From assembly GCA_963850725.1 (NCBI GenBank), contig CAWKMQ010000031.1, forward strand, positions 4,221 to 68,220: a stretch of DNA of 64,000 nt. Reading direction: 5' to 3'. Position numbers and translations under genes: made by a program. Under the pieces are notes generated by a model, which was given only the letters and a program-made list of their open reading frames with translations, was not told where the DNA came from and did not search any database. The stretch comes from Vicinamibacterales bacterium (lineage in GTDB: Bacteria; Acidobacteriota; Vicinamibacteria; Vicinamibacterales; JAMQPK01). This document shows positions 45,227 through 55,242 of this stretch, in pieces. Each line of letters opens with the position of its first letter. Positions within the stretch are counted from its first letter, which is position 1.

Positions 45227-45554
45227 GCCTTCGCACCGCGTGCGGCACCGAGGCGCTCGACCGCGCGCCGGATCCAATCGGCACCGCGTCATAGCCGTGC
45301 CTCATCGCGATCTGGATGACCCTCCGCCCGCTGCCTCGTGATCGGCTGGGCGTGGAAAGGCGCTCCTACTGCCGAAAGCACAAACCCCGCCCGGAATCGA
45401 ATCGCGTGCCGCGCCCGTGCCATTTTCACGTCGGAAGCCGCGCGACTACCAGGTCTGCATCAAGTGCGGCGTGCCGCTCGTGCCCATCGAGGACGCGAAG
45501 AAATACCGGACTTGCCCTGCTTCCCCGAGCGCGTACAATTGACCGTTGCACACT

Positions 45555-46619
45555 ATGCCTCTGTCCAAACTGACGGTCGCGCTCGGCGCACTGGTCGCGG
45601 TCTCTCTCACGGCAGCCTGCCGCTCGACACCGGCGCCAGGAGCCTCATCCTCCGCAAAGGTCTCCGACAACGCGTGGGCGACCGTCGACGGCCGCGAGAT
45701 TACTCGCGATGACGTCGAGAAAGCGTACAAGCGCCTGCGGGACGTCTCGCAGCCGCTCTCGGATGAAGAGGCGACGACCGCCAAGTTGAGCCTGCTGAAC
45801 GACCTGATCATCCAGGACATCCTCATGGCGAGGGCGCGGCAGCTGAAGGTCGAGGTTCCCGAGAAAGAGCTCGATACTGCCTATGCCGAGGCGAAGAAGA
45901 ACATCACCGACGAAGCGTTTCAGCAGGAGCTGACCAAGCGCGGCTTGACGGCCTCCGACATGCGCGAAAATCTCCGCCGCGAGTTGCTCACGCAGAAGGT
46001 CATCGAACAGGAAGTCGGGGCGAAGATTTCGATATCGGCGCAGGAGGTCAGCGATTTCTTCATCGCGAACCGCGCGCAGTTCAACGTGCCCGAAGAGGCG
46101 TACCACATCGCGCAGATTGCGATTACGCCCGTGCGCGATGCGCAGGTGGCGAATCGCACCGGCGACGATGCGACGACGCCGCAGGCGGCGGCGGCGAAAG
46201 CGGCGATGCTGATGGGACGCCTCAAGGAAGGCGCATCGTTCAGCGATCTGGCGATGGATTATTCCGAGGATCCCGAGTCGACGCCGCGCGGGGGCGACCT
46301 CGGCTTCGTGCCGATGTCGAGGCTGAAGCAGGCGCCACCGCAGCTGCGGGATGCCGTGCTCAAGAAAGCGCCGGGCTCGGTGAACTGGGTCGTGGGCACC
46401 AACGGCTCGCACACGATCGTGCTGGTGGTCGCTCACGAACTGGCGGGCCAGCGCGACCTGTCCACGCCCGGCATGCGCGATCGCATCACCGAGGCGCTGC
46501 GCGGGCGGAAAGAACAGCTGCTGCGCGCCGCGTACTTGACGAACGTGCGCGGCGAGGCGCAGGTCGTCAACCTGCTTGCGAAGCGGCTGGTCGAGTCGCA
46601 GGGAAAATGCCGAGCCTGA
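45555..46619 (+). CDS. SurA-like peptidyl-prolyl isomerase lipoprotein (SurA N-terminal domain plus PpiC-type PPIase)
   Basis: Lipobox LTAAC. SurA_N-like chaperone region. Parvulin-like ...DLAMDYSEDPESTPRGGDLGFV. The ATG at 45555 is preferred over the TTG at 45546. Confidence 0.85.
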   Translation: MPLSKLTVALGALVAVSLTAACRSTPAPGASSSAKVSDNAWATVDGREITRDDVEKAYKRLRDVSQPLSDEEATTAKLSLLNDLIIQDILMARARQLKVEVPEKELDTAYAEAKKNITDEAFQQELTKRGLTASDMRENLRRELLTQKVIEQEVGAKISISAQEVSDFFIANRAQFNVPEEAYHIAQIAITPVRDAQVANRTGDDATTPQAAAAKAAMLMGRLKEGASFSDLAMDYSEDPESTPRGGDLGFVPMSRLKQAPPQLRDAVLKKAPGSVNWVVGTNGSHTIVLVVAHELAGQRDLSTPGMRDRITEALRGRKEQLLRAAYLTNVRGEAQVVNLLAKRLVESQGKCRA

Positions 46620-46876
46620 TGCCGACAGCGCCAGCGGGAAAGTAGACCGCTCGGGGCGTGTGACGAACGTATGCGACAGGTTCGGTCAGCGAGATTCGAT
46701 CCAGGCCGCGAGAATCGCGTGATCGGCCTCGTCACAGCCAGCGGAACCGGCGGACGACAGCCGAAGCGATGCCCTCACCGCCCGAGGTAGGCAAGGGCTG
46801 CATTTGTACCGCTGGCCCCTCATCGCCGAACGGATAGCCTCCTTCGAATATCGCGTCTTGTGGCGCGATCACGCTC

Positions 46877-48294
46877 ATGCGCATCCTGATCATCGGGAGC
46901 GGAATCTGCGGCCTCGGAACGGCGCTGCTGCTGGCGCGCGACGGCCACGATGTAACCGTTCTCGAACGTGACGCCGGCCCGATACCCGAGTCGCCAGATG
47001 CGGCCTGGGAGCACTGGGAACGCAAAGGCGTCGCGCAGTTCCGCCAGGCCCACAACTTCATGCCCGGCCTGCGACTGGTGCTCGAGGCGGAACTGCCGGA
47101 CCTGCAGGAGGCGCTCGCGAAGGCGGGTGCGTATCGACTCGACTTCGTCAACCCGCTGCCGCCGTTCATCACCGATCGCACGCCGCGGCCGATCGACGAG
47201 AAGCTCTGGACCCTGACCGCGCGGCGTCCCGTCGGCGAATGGGTCTTCGCCAACGCGGCCCGCAACGAGCCGCGCGTAACGATCCGGCGGGGCGTGGGAG
47301 TCACGGACCTGTTGACCGGCCGTTCCGCAACTCAGGGCATCCCGCACATCGGCGGTGTCCGCACGTCGCAGGGCGAGGCAGCTCCACGCCGACCTCGTCG
47401 TCGATGCAACGGGGCGTCAGTCGCGCAGCGCGGAGTGGCTGACGGCGGTGGGCGCGCGCCCGCCGTACGAGGAACAGGAAGACTGCGGCTTCACCTACTA
47501 CACGCGCTTCTTCACCGGCACACTGCCCACACGAATGGGAGGGTTGCTCACACCGATCGGCTCGATCTCGGTGCTGACGCTGCCGGGCGACAACAACACC
47601 TGGTCGGTGACGCTGTTCGTGTCGACGGGCGACCAGCCGTTGAAGGCTGCTGCGACACGAGGACCGGTGGACGAACGCCATCCGCGCGTGTCCCAGGCAC
47701 GCGCACTGGCTCGACGGGCAGCCGATCACTCCGGTGCTTCCGATGAGCGGCATCGCCGATCGCTACCGCCGCTTTGTCGTCGAGGGCAAGCCGGTCGCGA
47801 CAGGGTTTGTCGCTGTCGCCGACGCGTGGGCGTGCACCAACCCCTCGGCGGGCCGCGGTCTGACGGTAGGCTTTCTCCACGCGCTCAGACTGCGTGACTC
47901 GGTGCGCACGCACGGTGACAACCCTCTCGCGCTTGTCGAGGAATTCGATCGGCGGACGGAAGCCGAAGTCGCCCCCTGGTACTTCGCGCAGATTGCGGTC
48001 GACCGCACCCGGTTCGCCGAAATGGAGGCCATTCGTGAAGAGCGCGAACCACCGCCGCCCGCCAGCGAGCTCGGGCGCCGCATTCGCGGCCTCCTCCTTT
48101 CGGTCCCCGCGAGCCCCGATCTGTTTCGCGACCTGCTCGAGTACCTCGGGACAATCACCCCCGTGCAGACGATTCTCGAGCGGCCCGAGGTCGTTCAGCG
48201 GCTGGCCGCCGCGCGCGAGGCGATGAAGGGCATGGCCCCGCCCGCTCCGCCGCCGGGACCGAGTCGAGGTCAACTTCTTCAGATCGTTGCTTGA
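46877..48294 (+). pseudogene. FAD-dependent oxidoreductase (geranylgeranyl reductase / monooxygenase-like), about 3 frame changes
   Basis: MRILIIGSGICGLGTALLLARDGHDVTVLE dinucleotide-binding start. Continuation in ORFs 47355..47897 (ADLVVDATGRQS) and 47734..48294. Confidence 0.7.
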
Positions 48295-48356
48295 CACCTT
48301 TACGCCCGGGTTCCTAACCTCTGTGAGGGGTCTGCCCCATTTCTCGAGGTATTCCG

Positions 48357-49928
48357 ATGCGATGGCTGACTGCGTTCGTGCTTGTTTCCTGCGTGGCCCT
48401 CTCCGCCGAGGACTACCTGACCGAGGGCGTCGACAACGGACGCACCGGGTGGCTGAAGAACGAAAAAGTCTTCAACACCACCAACGTCGCGACGATGAAG
48501 CTGCTGTGGAAGGTGAAGATCAACAGCACGCCGCGGCAGATGCACAACCTCTTTGCACCGGTCACGGTCTCCGGCGTCACGACCGCCAGAGGTGCGCGCG
48601 AGCTGGCGATCTTTGCGGGCATCTCGGACGAGCTGTACGCGATCGACGTCGCGAGCGGTGAGACCATCTGGGAGAAAAAGTTCGAGAGCATCTATCCCTC
48701 CGCGACCACCGGCGTCGGCAGCACGTTGTGTCCAGGCGGTCAGACCGCCGTACCGACCATCGCGGCCACGCCGACCAAGGGCAAGTACGCGCTGTATGCG
48801 CTCTCGTGGGACGGCCGCCTTCACACGCTCGATGTCGCGACGGGCGGCGATATCGCGCCACCCGAGAAGTTTGCCGGACCGAACGGCAAGCCGTACGCGT
48901 TGAATCTCTACAACGGCGTCATCTATACGTCGACGGCTCAGGGATGCGGCGGTAACACCAACGCGTTCCTCTCCTACGATCTCGCCACGAAAACGACGAG
49001 CATCTTCGCCCCGGCCGGGGGCGGGATGTGGGGCCGGCGCGGTGTCGCCATCGATCCGGAGGGGCGCGTGTTCATGGGCACCGGCGACGCGCCGTTTTCC
49101 GCCGAGGCCAACAACCTCGGGACCGCGCTCGTGGCCGCGAAGCTCGACGCGAACAAGCAGCTGCAGCTGGTGGACTACTTTGCGCCGCCCAACGCCAACT
49201 GGCTGTTCCGGCGCGACCTCGACTTGAACGTCACACCGATGGCCTTCGACTATCGAGGACGGAAGTTCCTGATCGCGACGAGCAAGGAATGCCGCTTGTG
49301 GCTGCTCGACCGGGACGATCTTGGCGGCGCGGACAATCGCACCACGCTGCAGACCACGCCGCTTCTCTGCAATGACGCGCAGGGGTTCGACGGCAAGGGC
49401 ATCTGGGGCGCGCTCGCCGCGTGGCAGGACGCCAAAGGGCGCCAGTGGGTGGTCGTGCCGTTCTACGGCCCGGTCAGCCGCACCTTCAAGGCGCCAACCG
49501 AGCACGCACGTCCGGTGAACGGTGGCGTCGCGGCCTACACGCTCGAAGAACGGAACGGCAGGTGGCAGCTCGTGCCGCAATGGCTGTCGCGCGACATGGA
49601 CATGGCCGAGCATGCGATCGTCGCCAACGGCATCGTCTTTACATACGCGAGCGGCGAAGACACGTCGCAGATCGTGCCGGACCGCGCGTTCGACGATCCG
49701 GCAGGACCCCAGAACGGCGGCGCGATCAGCAACGGCGGCGTTCGCCGCATTCCCGGATCGCGCCGCGCGGCGCTCTACGCACTCGACGCGCTGACCGGCC
49801 GCGAGTTGTGGAACAGCGGCAACGAGATCGCGACGTGGAATCACTACAGCGGCCTGACGGTGGCCAACGGCCGCGCGTACATCACGACGTTCGACGGCAC
49901 GATCTACGCCTTCGGAATACAACGCTAG
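48357..49928 (+). CDS. secreted PQQ-like (BamB-type) beta-propeller repeat protein
   Basis: Intact 523-aa ORF. Signal peptide. Repeated LYALD/ALDALTGRELW-type blades. Confidence 0.8.
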   Translation: MRWLTAFVLVSCVALSAEDYLTEGVDNGRTGWLKNEKVFNTTNVATMKLLWKVKINSTPRQMHNLFAPVTVSGVTTARGARELAIFAGISDELYAIDVASGETIWEKKFESIYPSATTGVGSTLCPGGQTAVPTIAATPTKGKYALYALSWDGRLHTLDVATGGDIAPPEKFAGPNGKPYALNLYNGVIYTSTAQGCGGNTNAFLSYDLATKTTSIFAPAGGGMWGRRGVAIDPEGRVFMGTGDAPFSAEANNLGTALVAAKLDANKQLQLVDYFAPPNANWLFRRDLDLNVTPMAFDYRGRKFLIATSKECRLWLLDRDDLGGADNRTTLQTTPLLCNDAQGFDGKGIWGALAAWQDAKGRQWVVVPFYGPVSRTFKAPTEHARPVNGGVAAYTLEERNGRWQLVPQWLSRDMDMAEHAIVANGIVFTYASGEDTSQIVPDRAFDDPAGPQNGGAISNGGVRRIPGSRRAALYALDALTGRELWNSGNEIATWNHYSGLTVANGRAYITTFDGTIYAFGIQR

Positions 49929-49934
49929 ATGCTG

Positions 49935-49993
49935 ACAGGGCTGAAGCCCTGTGCCACTCCGGCGGACGCGGTGGCACAGGACTTCAGTCCTGT
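49935..49993. repeat. REP-like pair: ACAGGGCTGAAGCCCTGTGCCAC and its inverted copy separated by 13 nt
   Basis: 49935-49957 and 49971-49993 (21/23 complementary). Each unit is itself a hairpin (CAGGGC-TGAA-GCCCTG). Confidence 0.85.
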
Positions 49994-50020
49994 CCGCAGC
50001 TATTGAAGATGGAGCCAGGG

Positions 50021-51580
50021 ATGCGCACTCGTCGCAGTGTTCTGCTCGCCGTCATTTGCGCGCTCGCCGGCACGATCGGCTGGGCGCAGGGACGCAACGT
50101 CGGCTTCGATTGGCCCGCGACCGGCGCCGACGCGCAGCGTACGGCGTGGCTTCGACTCGACCCGAACATCTCGGCTGCGAATCTTTCGAAGCCCGGCTTC
50201 GAGTTTCTCTGGCGGGAGAAGCTTCCCAATGCGCCGCGTCAATCCGCTTCGCTCAGTCAGGGCGTGACGATGAACGGGCTGCTTGGATTTACGCCCGCAT
50301 CCTTCGTCACCGGCGTGTCGAACAATGTCTTCGCGCTCGACAACGACACGGGTTACCCGGTATGGCATCGGCGGTTCGACGATCCGCTGCCGGCGCCGAC
50401 GGCCGCGTGTCCGGGAGGCATCACCGGGGCGGCAGGACGAGTGGTCAGCCTCGTTCGTGCGCCTCTGCAATTGCCCGCTCCTGCGACACCCCAGCGTGGA
50501 TACCGCGGTGGCATCGGGTTGGCCGGCGAAGGCGTGCCCATGGAAATCGCGCGACGCGATGGCGGCGCGGCGCTGCGAGGCGTGCCGTCTCCCATTCCCA
50601 CGGGCCGCGGCGGCGGCGGTGTTGGTGCGGGCCGATATGAAGGACCGATCTACGTCGTGTCGAGCGGAGGCACGCTGCACGCGCTCGGACAGATCTCGGG
50701 CATGGACATCGAAAAACCTGCGCCCTTTCTTCCGCCGAATGCCCGCTACTCGGATCTCACCGCCATCGGCGACACGTTGTACACGAGTACCAGCAACGCG
50801 TGCGGTGGTGCCCCGAACGGAGTCTGGGCCATCAGTCTGGATGCGGCCAACAAACAGGTTCGCTCGTGGCCAACGAATGGCGGGAGCCCGATTGGCAATC
50901 TCACGTTCACGCCGGGCGGCAGAATGCTCGTCGCCATCGGGCCAGGCACGACGAGCCCCGGCGGATACGCCAACGCGATCGTCGCGCTCGACGCCACGAC
51001 GCTGCAACCCGTCGATTGGTTCACGTCCCCGGCGGAGTTTGTGACGACGCCGATCGTGATCGGGGTTGGAAACCGAGAGATCGTCGCCATCGCGGCGCGT
51101 GACGGTCGCATCGTTCTTCTCGACGCCGCCTCGCTCGGCGGCTCGGATCACTCGACCGCGCTCTTTGTCTCGACGCCGCTTGCCGGCAACGCCGCACCCG
51201 ACGCGCTGGCCGCGTTCGAGCAGCCGGCAGGCACACCGTGGCTGCTCGTACCAACGCCGAGCGCGATCGTCGCGTTCAGAATCGTGCAGGAGGGGAATGA
51301 GGTGACGCTTCAGCCTGGCTGGACGTCACGCGATCTCGCCGCGCCGACCTCACCCATCGTCGTGAACGACGTGGTCTTCGCGGCATCGAGCGGCCGGCCT
51401 CAAGGGGCGGCGGTGCTCTATGCGTTCGACTCGGGGTCTGGCCGGGAGTTGTGGAACAGCGGAAAGACGATGACGTCGCACGTGCCTGCGGCGAATCTGT
51501 GGGCCAGCAACAGCCAGGTGCACGTCGCCACGCACGACGGGACGGTCTACGCGTTCGGCTTCGTCCTCGAGCGGAGGTAG
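50021..51580 (+). CDS. secreted PQQ-like beta-propeller repeat protein (paralogue of the upstream gene)
   Basis: ATG at 50021 (GGAG 6 nt upstream; alternative ATG at 50009). Signal peptide. LHALG, VALDATTLQPV and LYAFDSGSGRELWNSG blades. Confidence 0.8.
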   Translation: MRTRRSVLLAVICALAGTIGWAQGRNVGFDWPATGADAQRTAWLRLDPNISAANLSKPGFEFLWREKLPNAPRQSASLSQGVTMNGLLGFTPASFVTGVSNNVFALDNDTGYPVWHRRFDDPLPAPTAACPGGITGAAGRVVSLVRAPLQLPAPATPQRGYRGGIGLAGEGVPMEIARRDGGAALRGVPSPIPTGRGGGGVGAGRYEGPIYVVSSGGTLHALGQISGMDIEKPAPFLPPNARYSDLTAIGDTLYTSTSNACGGAPNGVWAISLDAANKQVRSWPTNGGSPIGNLTFTPGGRMLVAIGPGTTSPGGYANAIVALDATTLQPVDWFTSPAEFVTTPIVIGVGNREIVAIAARDGRIVLLDAASLGGSDHSTALFVSTPLAGNAAPDALAAFEQPAGTPWLLVPTPSAIVAFRIVQEGNEVTLQPGWTSRDLAAPTSPIVVNDVVFAASSGRPQGAAVLYAFDSGSGRELWNSGKTMTSHVPAANLWASNSQVHVATHDGTVYAFGFVLERR

Positions 51581-51590
51581 AACCTCATAA

Positions 51591-51634
51591 GGTTCGTGGG
51601 TTCGTCAGGTTCGTCGGGTTCGTCGGATTCGTGG
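51591..51634. repeat. Orphan half-array, GTTCGT orientation only (about 5 units)
   Basis: GGTTCGTGGGTTCGTCAGGTTCGTCGGGTTCGTCGGATTCGTGG, starting 11 nt after the stop codon. Confidence 0.85.
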
Positions 51635-52364
51635 GCTCCGTACGGACTCTCGGACTCCTACGACTCCTGGACTCCTAGACTCCAAGACTCCAGGACTTCT
51701 AGACTCTCCCGCGCCTTTGAATTGATCCTCCTCGTCTGCGAACAGCACGTTGAAGCTCGTCAGCGATCCGTAACATCCCGTGACGTAGCCCTGCAGCTTG
51801 ACCTTCACATCTTCCGGCAGCTCGGCGGCGTTCACCTGCTGCTCGAGCGATCGCAGCCGGTTGCGCAGCATCACGATCTTGTGGAAGAACGTTTCGATCG
51901 GGCAGGCTTTTCTCCTGCAGCCCCGGCGTGCCGGGGCGCAGCACGAGCGTGCCGCCGCGCCACTTCTCGGCGGGCGTGACCGCGGTAATCCCACACTCTT
52001 CGCGAATGACACGGCGGATCAACAACTCGAGATCGACGGATGCATCAGATGCCATGGCTGGTGCGACCCTTTCGCGATCGCTGACGATAGGAAATGGCTC
52101 GCCCCCGGCTTGTGCCTGAGCGGCTCGGCGCGGCGCCGGCGCGGACGGGGTCGAGACAGGGCTGAAGCCCTGTGCCACCGCGCTCTGCGTATTGATTCTC
52201 GGGCCGCCGCGATAGTTGTGCTCGCTTCCGCAGAAGCCGCAGACCACGCGGATCGGCTGCCCCTGCGGGTCGGCGGCCACGACAGTGTGTTGCCGATCGG
52301 TCTTGCATGCGCGGCAGTAATCTTCGAGCGACTCGCCGGCGCGGTACGAGCGGACGGGTGACAT
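51605..52364 (-). CDS. zinc-ribbon protein with conserved C-terminal domain of unknown function, one frame change near 51905; apparent tail read from repeat arrays
   Basis: N-terminus CRACKTD...CGFCGSEHNY (ORF 51699..52376). The C-terminal domain ...FFHKIVMLRNRLRSLEQQVN...LTSFNVLFADEEDQF lies in ORF 51605..52012. No stop occurs until 51605, inside the arrays. Confidence 0.6.
51645..51708. repeat. GACTCCN short-unit array (about 8 units)
   Basis: ggactctcggactcctacgactcctggactcctagactccaagactccaggacttctagactctc, directly following the GTTCGT half-array. Confidence 0.85.
52156..52178. repeat. REP unit ACAGGGCTGAAGCCCTGTGCCAC located inside a coding region
   Basis: Identical to 49935-49957. 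It is read in frame on the minus strand as VAQGFSPV in the linker of the zinc-ribbon protein. Confidence 0.85.
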
Positions 52365-52434
52365 GACGCCCACCATCTTAACCGCGTCCTGTGCATGATT
52401 CTTCAGTAGGATTGATTCGAGTCAGGAGCGACCC

Positions 52435-54331
52435 ATGGAACAGCGCATCGCCGATATCGACTTCAACGCGCTGACGGCAGGACGCACGTTCTTCCCGTCG
52501 CCCGCCGCGTGGGAAGACGAGGTGCTCTACTTCCTGATGCTCGATCGGTTCTCGGACGGGCGCGAGACGGGCTACCTCGACAACACCGGCGCGCTCGTCA
52601 CCACCGGCACGACGCCGCCGTTTCAGCCCGCGGACCGGGGCAACGCCACATCGACCGCGGCCGACCGCGCAGCGCTGGGTCGATGCCGGCAACCGGTTCG
52701 TCGGCGGCACGCTCCGCGGCCTCGAGTCGAAGATCGGCTACCTCGAACGCCTCGGGATCACCGCCATCTGGGTCAGCCCGATCTTCAAGCAGGTGCCCTC
52801 GCAGGAGACCTACCACGGCTACGGCATCCAGAATTTTCTCGACGTCGATCCGCGCTTCGGCACGCGCGACGACCTCGTGTCGCTCGTGCAGCACCGCGCA
52901 TCAGCACGGCATCCGCGTCATCCTCGACGTCATTCTCAACCACGCCGGCGACGTCTTCGCCTACGAGCCGCAGCAACTGCGTTGCGACGTGCGCGACTCC
53001 AGCGGCAACGTCGTCGCAAGGAAGCCTGCTGGCAGGCGGACGGCACGATCTACGGCGTCGCTGGGTTATCGCGACGCCGCCGGCAACCCGACGCTGCCGT
53101 TCGGTCCCGTCGCCGCGGCGCACTTTCCCGATGCCGCGATCTGGCCGGCCGAGCTGCAGCCGCCGGAGACCTTCACGCGCAAGGGCAAGATTCGCAACTG
53201 GGATTTCGATCCGGAATTCCGCGAAGGCGACTTCGAAACGCTCAAGGACATCCGCCAGGGCACGGGCCCGGTCGACGACTACCGCGCCTCGGATGCCTTC
53301 CTCGCCCTGTGCCAGGCGTTTCAGTTCTGGATCGCGTTCGCCGATCGTCGACGGCTTCCGCGTCGACACCGTCAAGCACATGGACGACGGCGCGAGCCGG
53401 CTGTTCACGTCCATCATCCACGAGTTCGCCCAGAGCCTCGGCAAGGAGAACTTCTATCTGATCGGCGAGATCACCGGCGGGCGCGCAGCGCGCGTTCACG
53501 CACGCTCGAAATCACCGGCATGGACGCCGCGCTCGGCATCGACGACGTGCAGGACAAGATCGAGTACCTCGTCAAGGGATTCCGCGAATCCCGCCGACTA
53601 CTTCGACCTGTTCCGCAACTCGGTGCTCGTCCGCAAGGAGTCGCACGTCTGGTTCCGGAACAAGGTCGTGACGACCTTCGACGACCACGACCAGGTGCGC
53701 AAGGGCGACCGCAAGTCGCGCTTCGCGCACGACGAGGGCCCGGGCCAGCAGCAACGGCGAGCGCGTCGTCGCGGCGCTCGCGTTTCTCGCGACGACGATG
53801 GGCATCCCGTGCATCTACTACGGCACCGAGCAGCAGTTCGACGGCCAGCGGCGACAACGACCGCTTCATCCGCGAAGCGATGTTCGGCGGCGAGTTCGGC
53901 GCGTTCGAATCGCGCGGCCGGCACTTCTTCGACGAGACGCGTCCCGTCCTATCTCGAGCTGCAGAAGATCCTGCAGCTGCGACGCAGCAATCTGGTCATC
54001 CGCCGGGGACGCCAGTATCTGCGCCAGATCTCCGGCGACGGCCAGAATTTCGGCGTGCCGGCGATGGTCGGCGGCGCCATCCGATCGGTCGTCCCGTGGT
54101 CGCGGATCTTCAGCGATCGCGAAGTGCTGCTGGCCGTCAATACCGACGTGGCGGCCGCGCGCACCGCGTGGGTGACCATCGACAACGGTCTCCATGCGAC
54201 CGGCAGCCAGCTCACCTGCCTGCATTCCACCAGATGCCGCCCAGATCGGCAGCACGGCGACCGTGGAGGCGCGCAACGGGAAGGCGGTGCAGATTACCGT
54301 GCCCGCAGCGGGATTCGTCGCGTTCGCCTGA
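52435..54331 (+). pseudogene. GH13 alpha-amylase family glycoside hydrolase, at least 6 frame changes
   Basis: AGGAGCG Shine-Dalgarno plus ATG at 52435. YFLMLDRFSDG, GITAIWVSPIFK, GIRVILDVILNHAG, GFRVDTVKHM, YLIGEI and FDDHD blocks are spread over ORFs 52435.., 52509.. and 52793... The C-terminus ...VQITVPAAGFVAFA ends at a TGA at 54329-54331. Confidence 0.8.
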
Positions 54332-54798
54332 ATTCGCCCAACCATCGCGGCCGGCCCTCCGCGTAGGTGTCAAACAGATCGCCCATCTCTTGATGCAGGA
54401 ACGCCTCTTCGGGCAGCACGAACGCATAGTGGAGCCAGATGAACAACGCGATCGAGCTCCACAGGTTTGCCAGCACTCCTGACAGCAGCGTGACACCCAG
54501 GTTCAGGCACACGAGCCCCAGATACATCGGGTTTCTGGTCACTCGATAAGGCCCCCGGGTCACGAGCGCCGGCACACGCGTGAACGGGCACACGCCCACG
54601 TCGTTGTTCCGGAACAGGCGTTCGGACCAGATGTTGAGCACCGAGCCGGCGGCCAGGAGGAGCGCGCCGGCAACCACCTCCGCTGTCGAAGGACGAAGCG
54701 GCAGGCTGGTCATGAGGAGCGGCAACTTGCGCGGCCAGCGCGATGAGCAGGCCCTTCGGTGGCAGCACGGCAGGTTTCGTCACGGTCGAGTCAATCAT
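54294..54798 (-). CDS. isoprenylcysteine carboxyl methyltransferase (ICMT)/phospholipid methyltransferase family membrane protein, one frame change near 54725
   Basis: VTRGPYRVTRNPMYLG...EEAFLHQEMGDLFDTY. N-terminus MIDSTVTKPAVLPPKGLL in ORF 54370..54798. The ATG overlaps the MarR stop. Confidence 0.7.
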
Positions 54799-55242
54799 GA
54801 TCGTCTCCTTGAAGCGCCCGGCGAAGGTCGTGAAGCGTGCCGGTGGCCGCCTTCACCTTCGCCGCGTCGAGCGGTCGTGCGAGACGCCGGAGCACCGCGC
54901 GGTCGACGGCGCGGATTTCTTTCCAGAGCGACCGGCCTTCGACGGTCAATTGCAGAAGCGTGGAGCGGGCGTCGTCCGGATCGGGCTGCCTCGCGATCCA
55001 GCGCGGATTCGAAGCCGGCCGAGCGACTGGTGGATGTGCTGGCGGCTGACCGATCGCTTCCGGGCGAGGGCCGCGAGGCTGATGGGACCTGGCTCCCGCG
55101 CCAGGAACTCGATGAGCGCGCGATCGCTCGCCGTGATGCCGAGCGGCTGCAGGGCTTCGTCGGCCGCCTCCGCCAGCGCGCGGAACAGGCGGCGGGTCTC
55201 CCAGATCAAACCTTCGAGGGCATCAGCGTCCGATATCGTCAA
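54791..55242 (-). CDS. MarR family transcriptional regulator, one frame change near 55008
   Basis: ORF 54946..55242 (...LGITASDRALIEFLAREPGPISLAALARKRSVSRQHIHQSLGRL) continues as NPRWIARQPDPDDARSTLLQLTVEGRSLW... to a TGA at 54791-54793. Confidence 0.75.

Noticed and set aside
45316-45545. Possible small double zinc-ribbon gene (…CPRCHFHVG… / …KPRDYQVCIKCGVPLVPIEDAKKYRTCP…) in the gap upstream of the SurA-like gene.
   Set aside because: The Cys pairs lie in two different frames. No convincing start or Shine-Dalgarno is present. The similarity is only a generic CxxC pattern. It may be a decayed gene, but I cannot support it.
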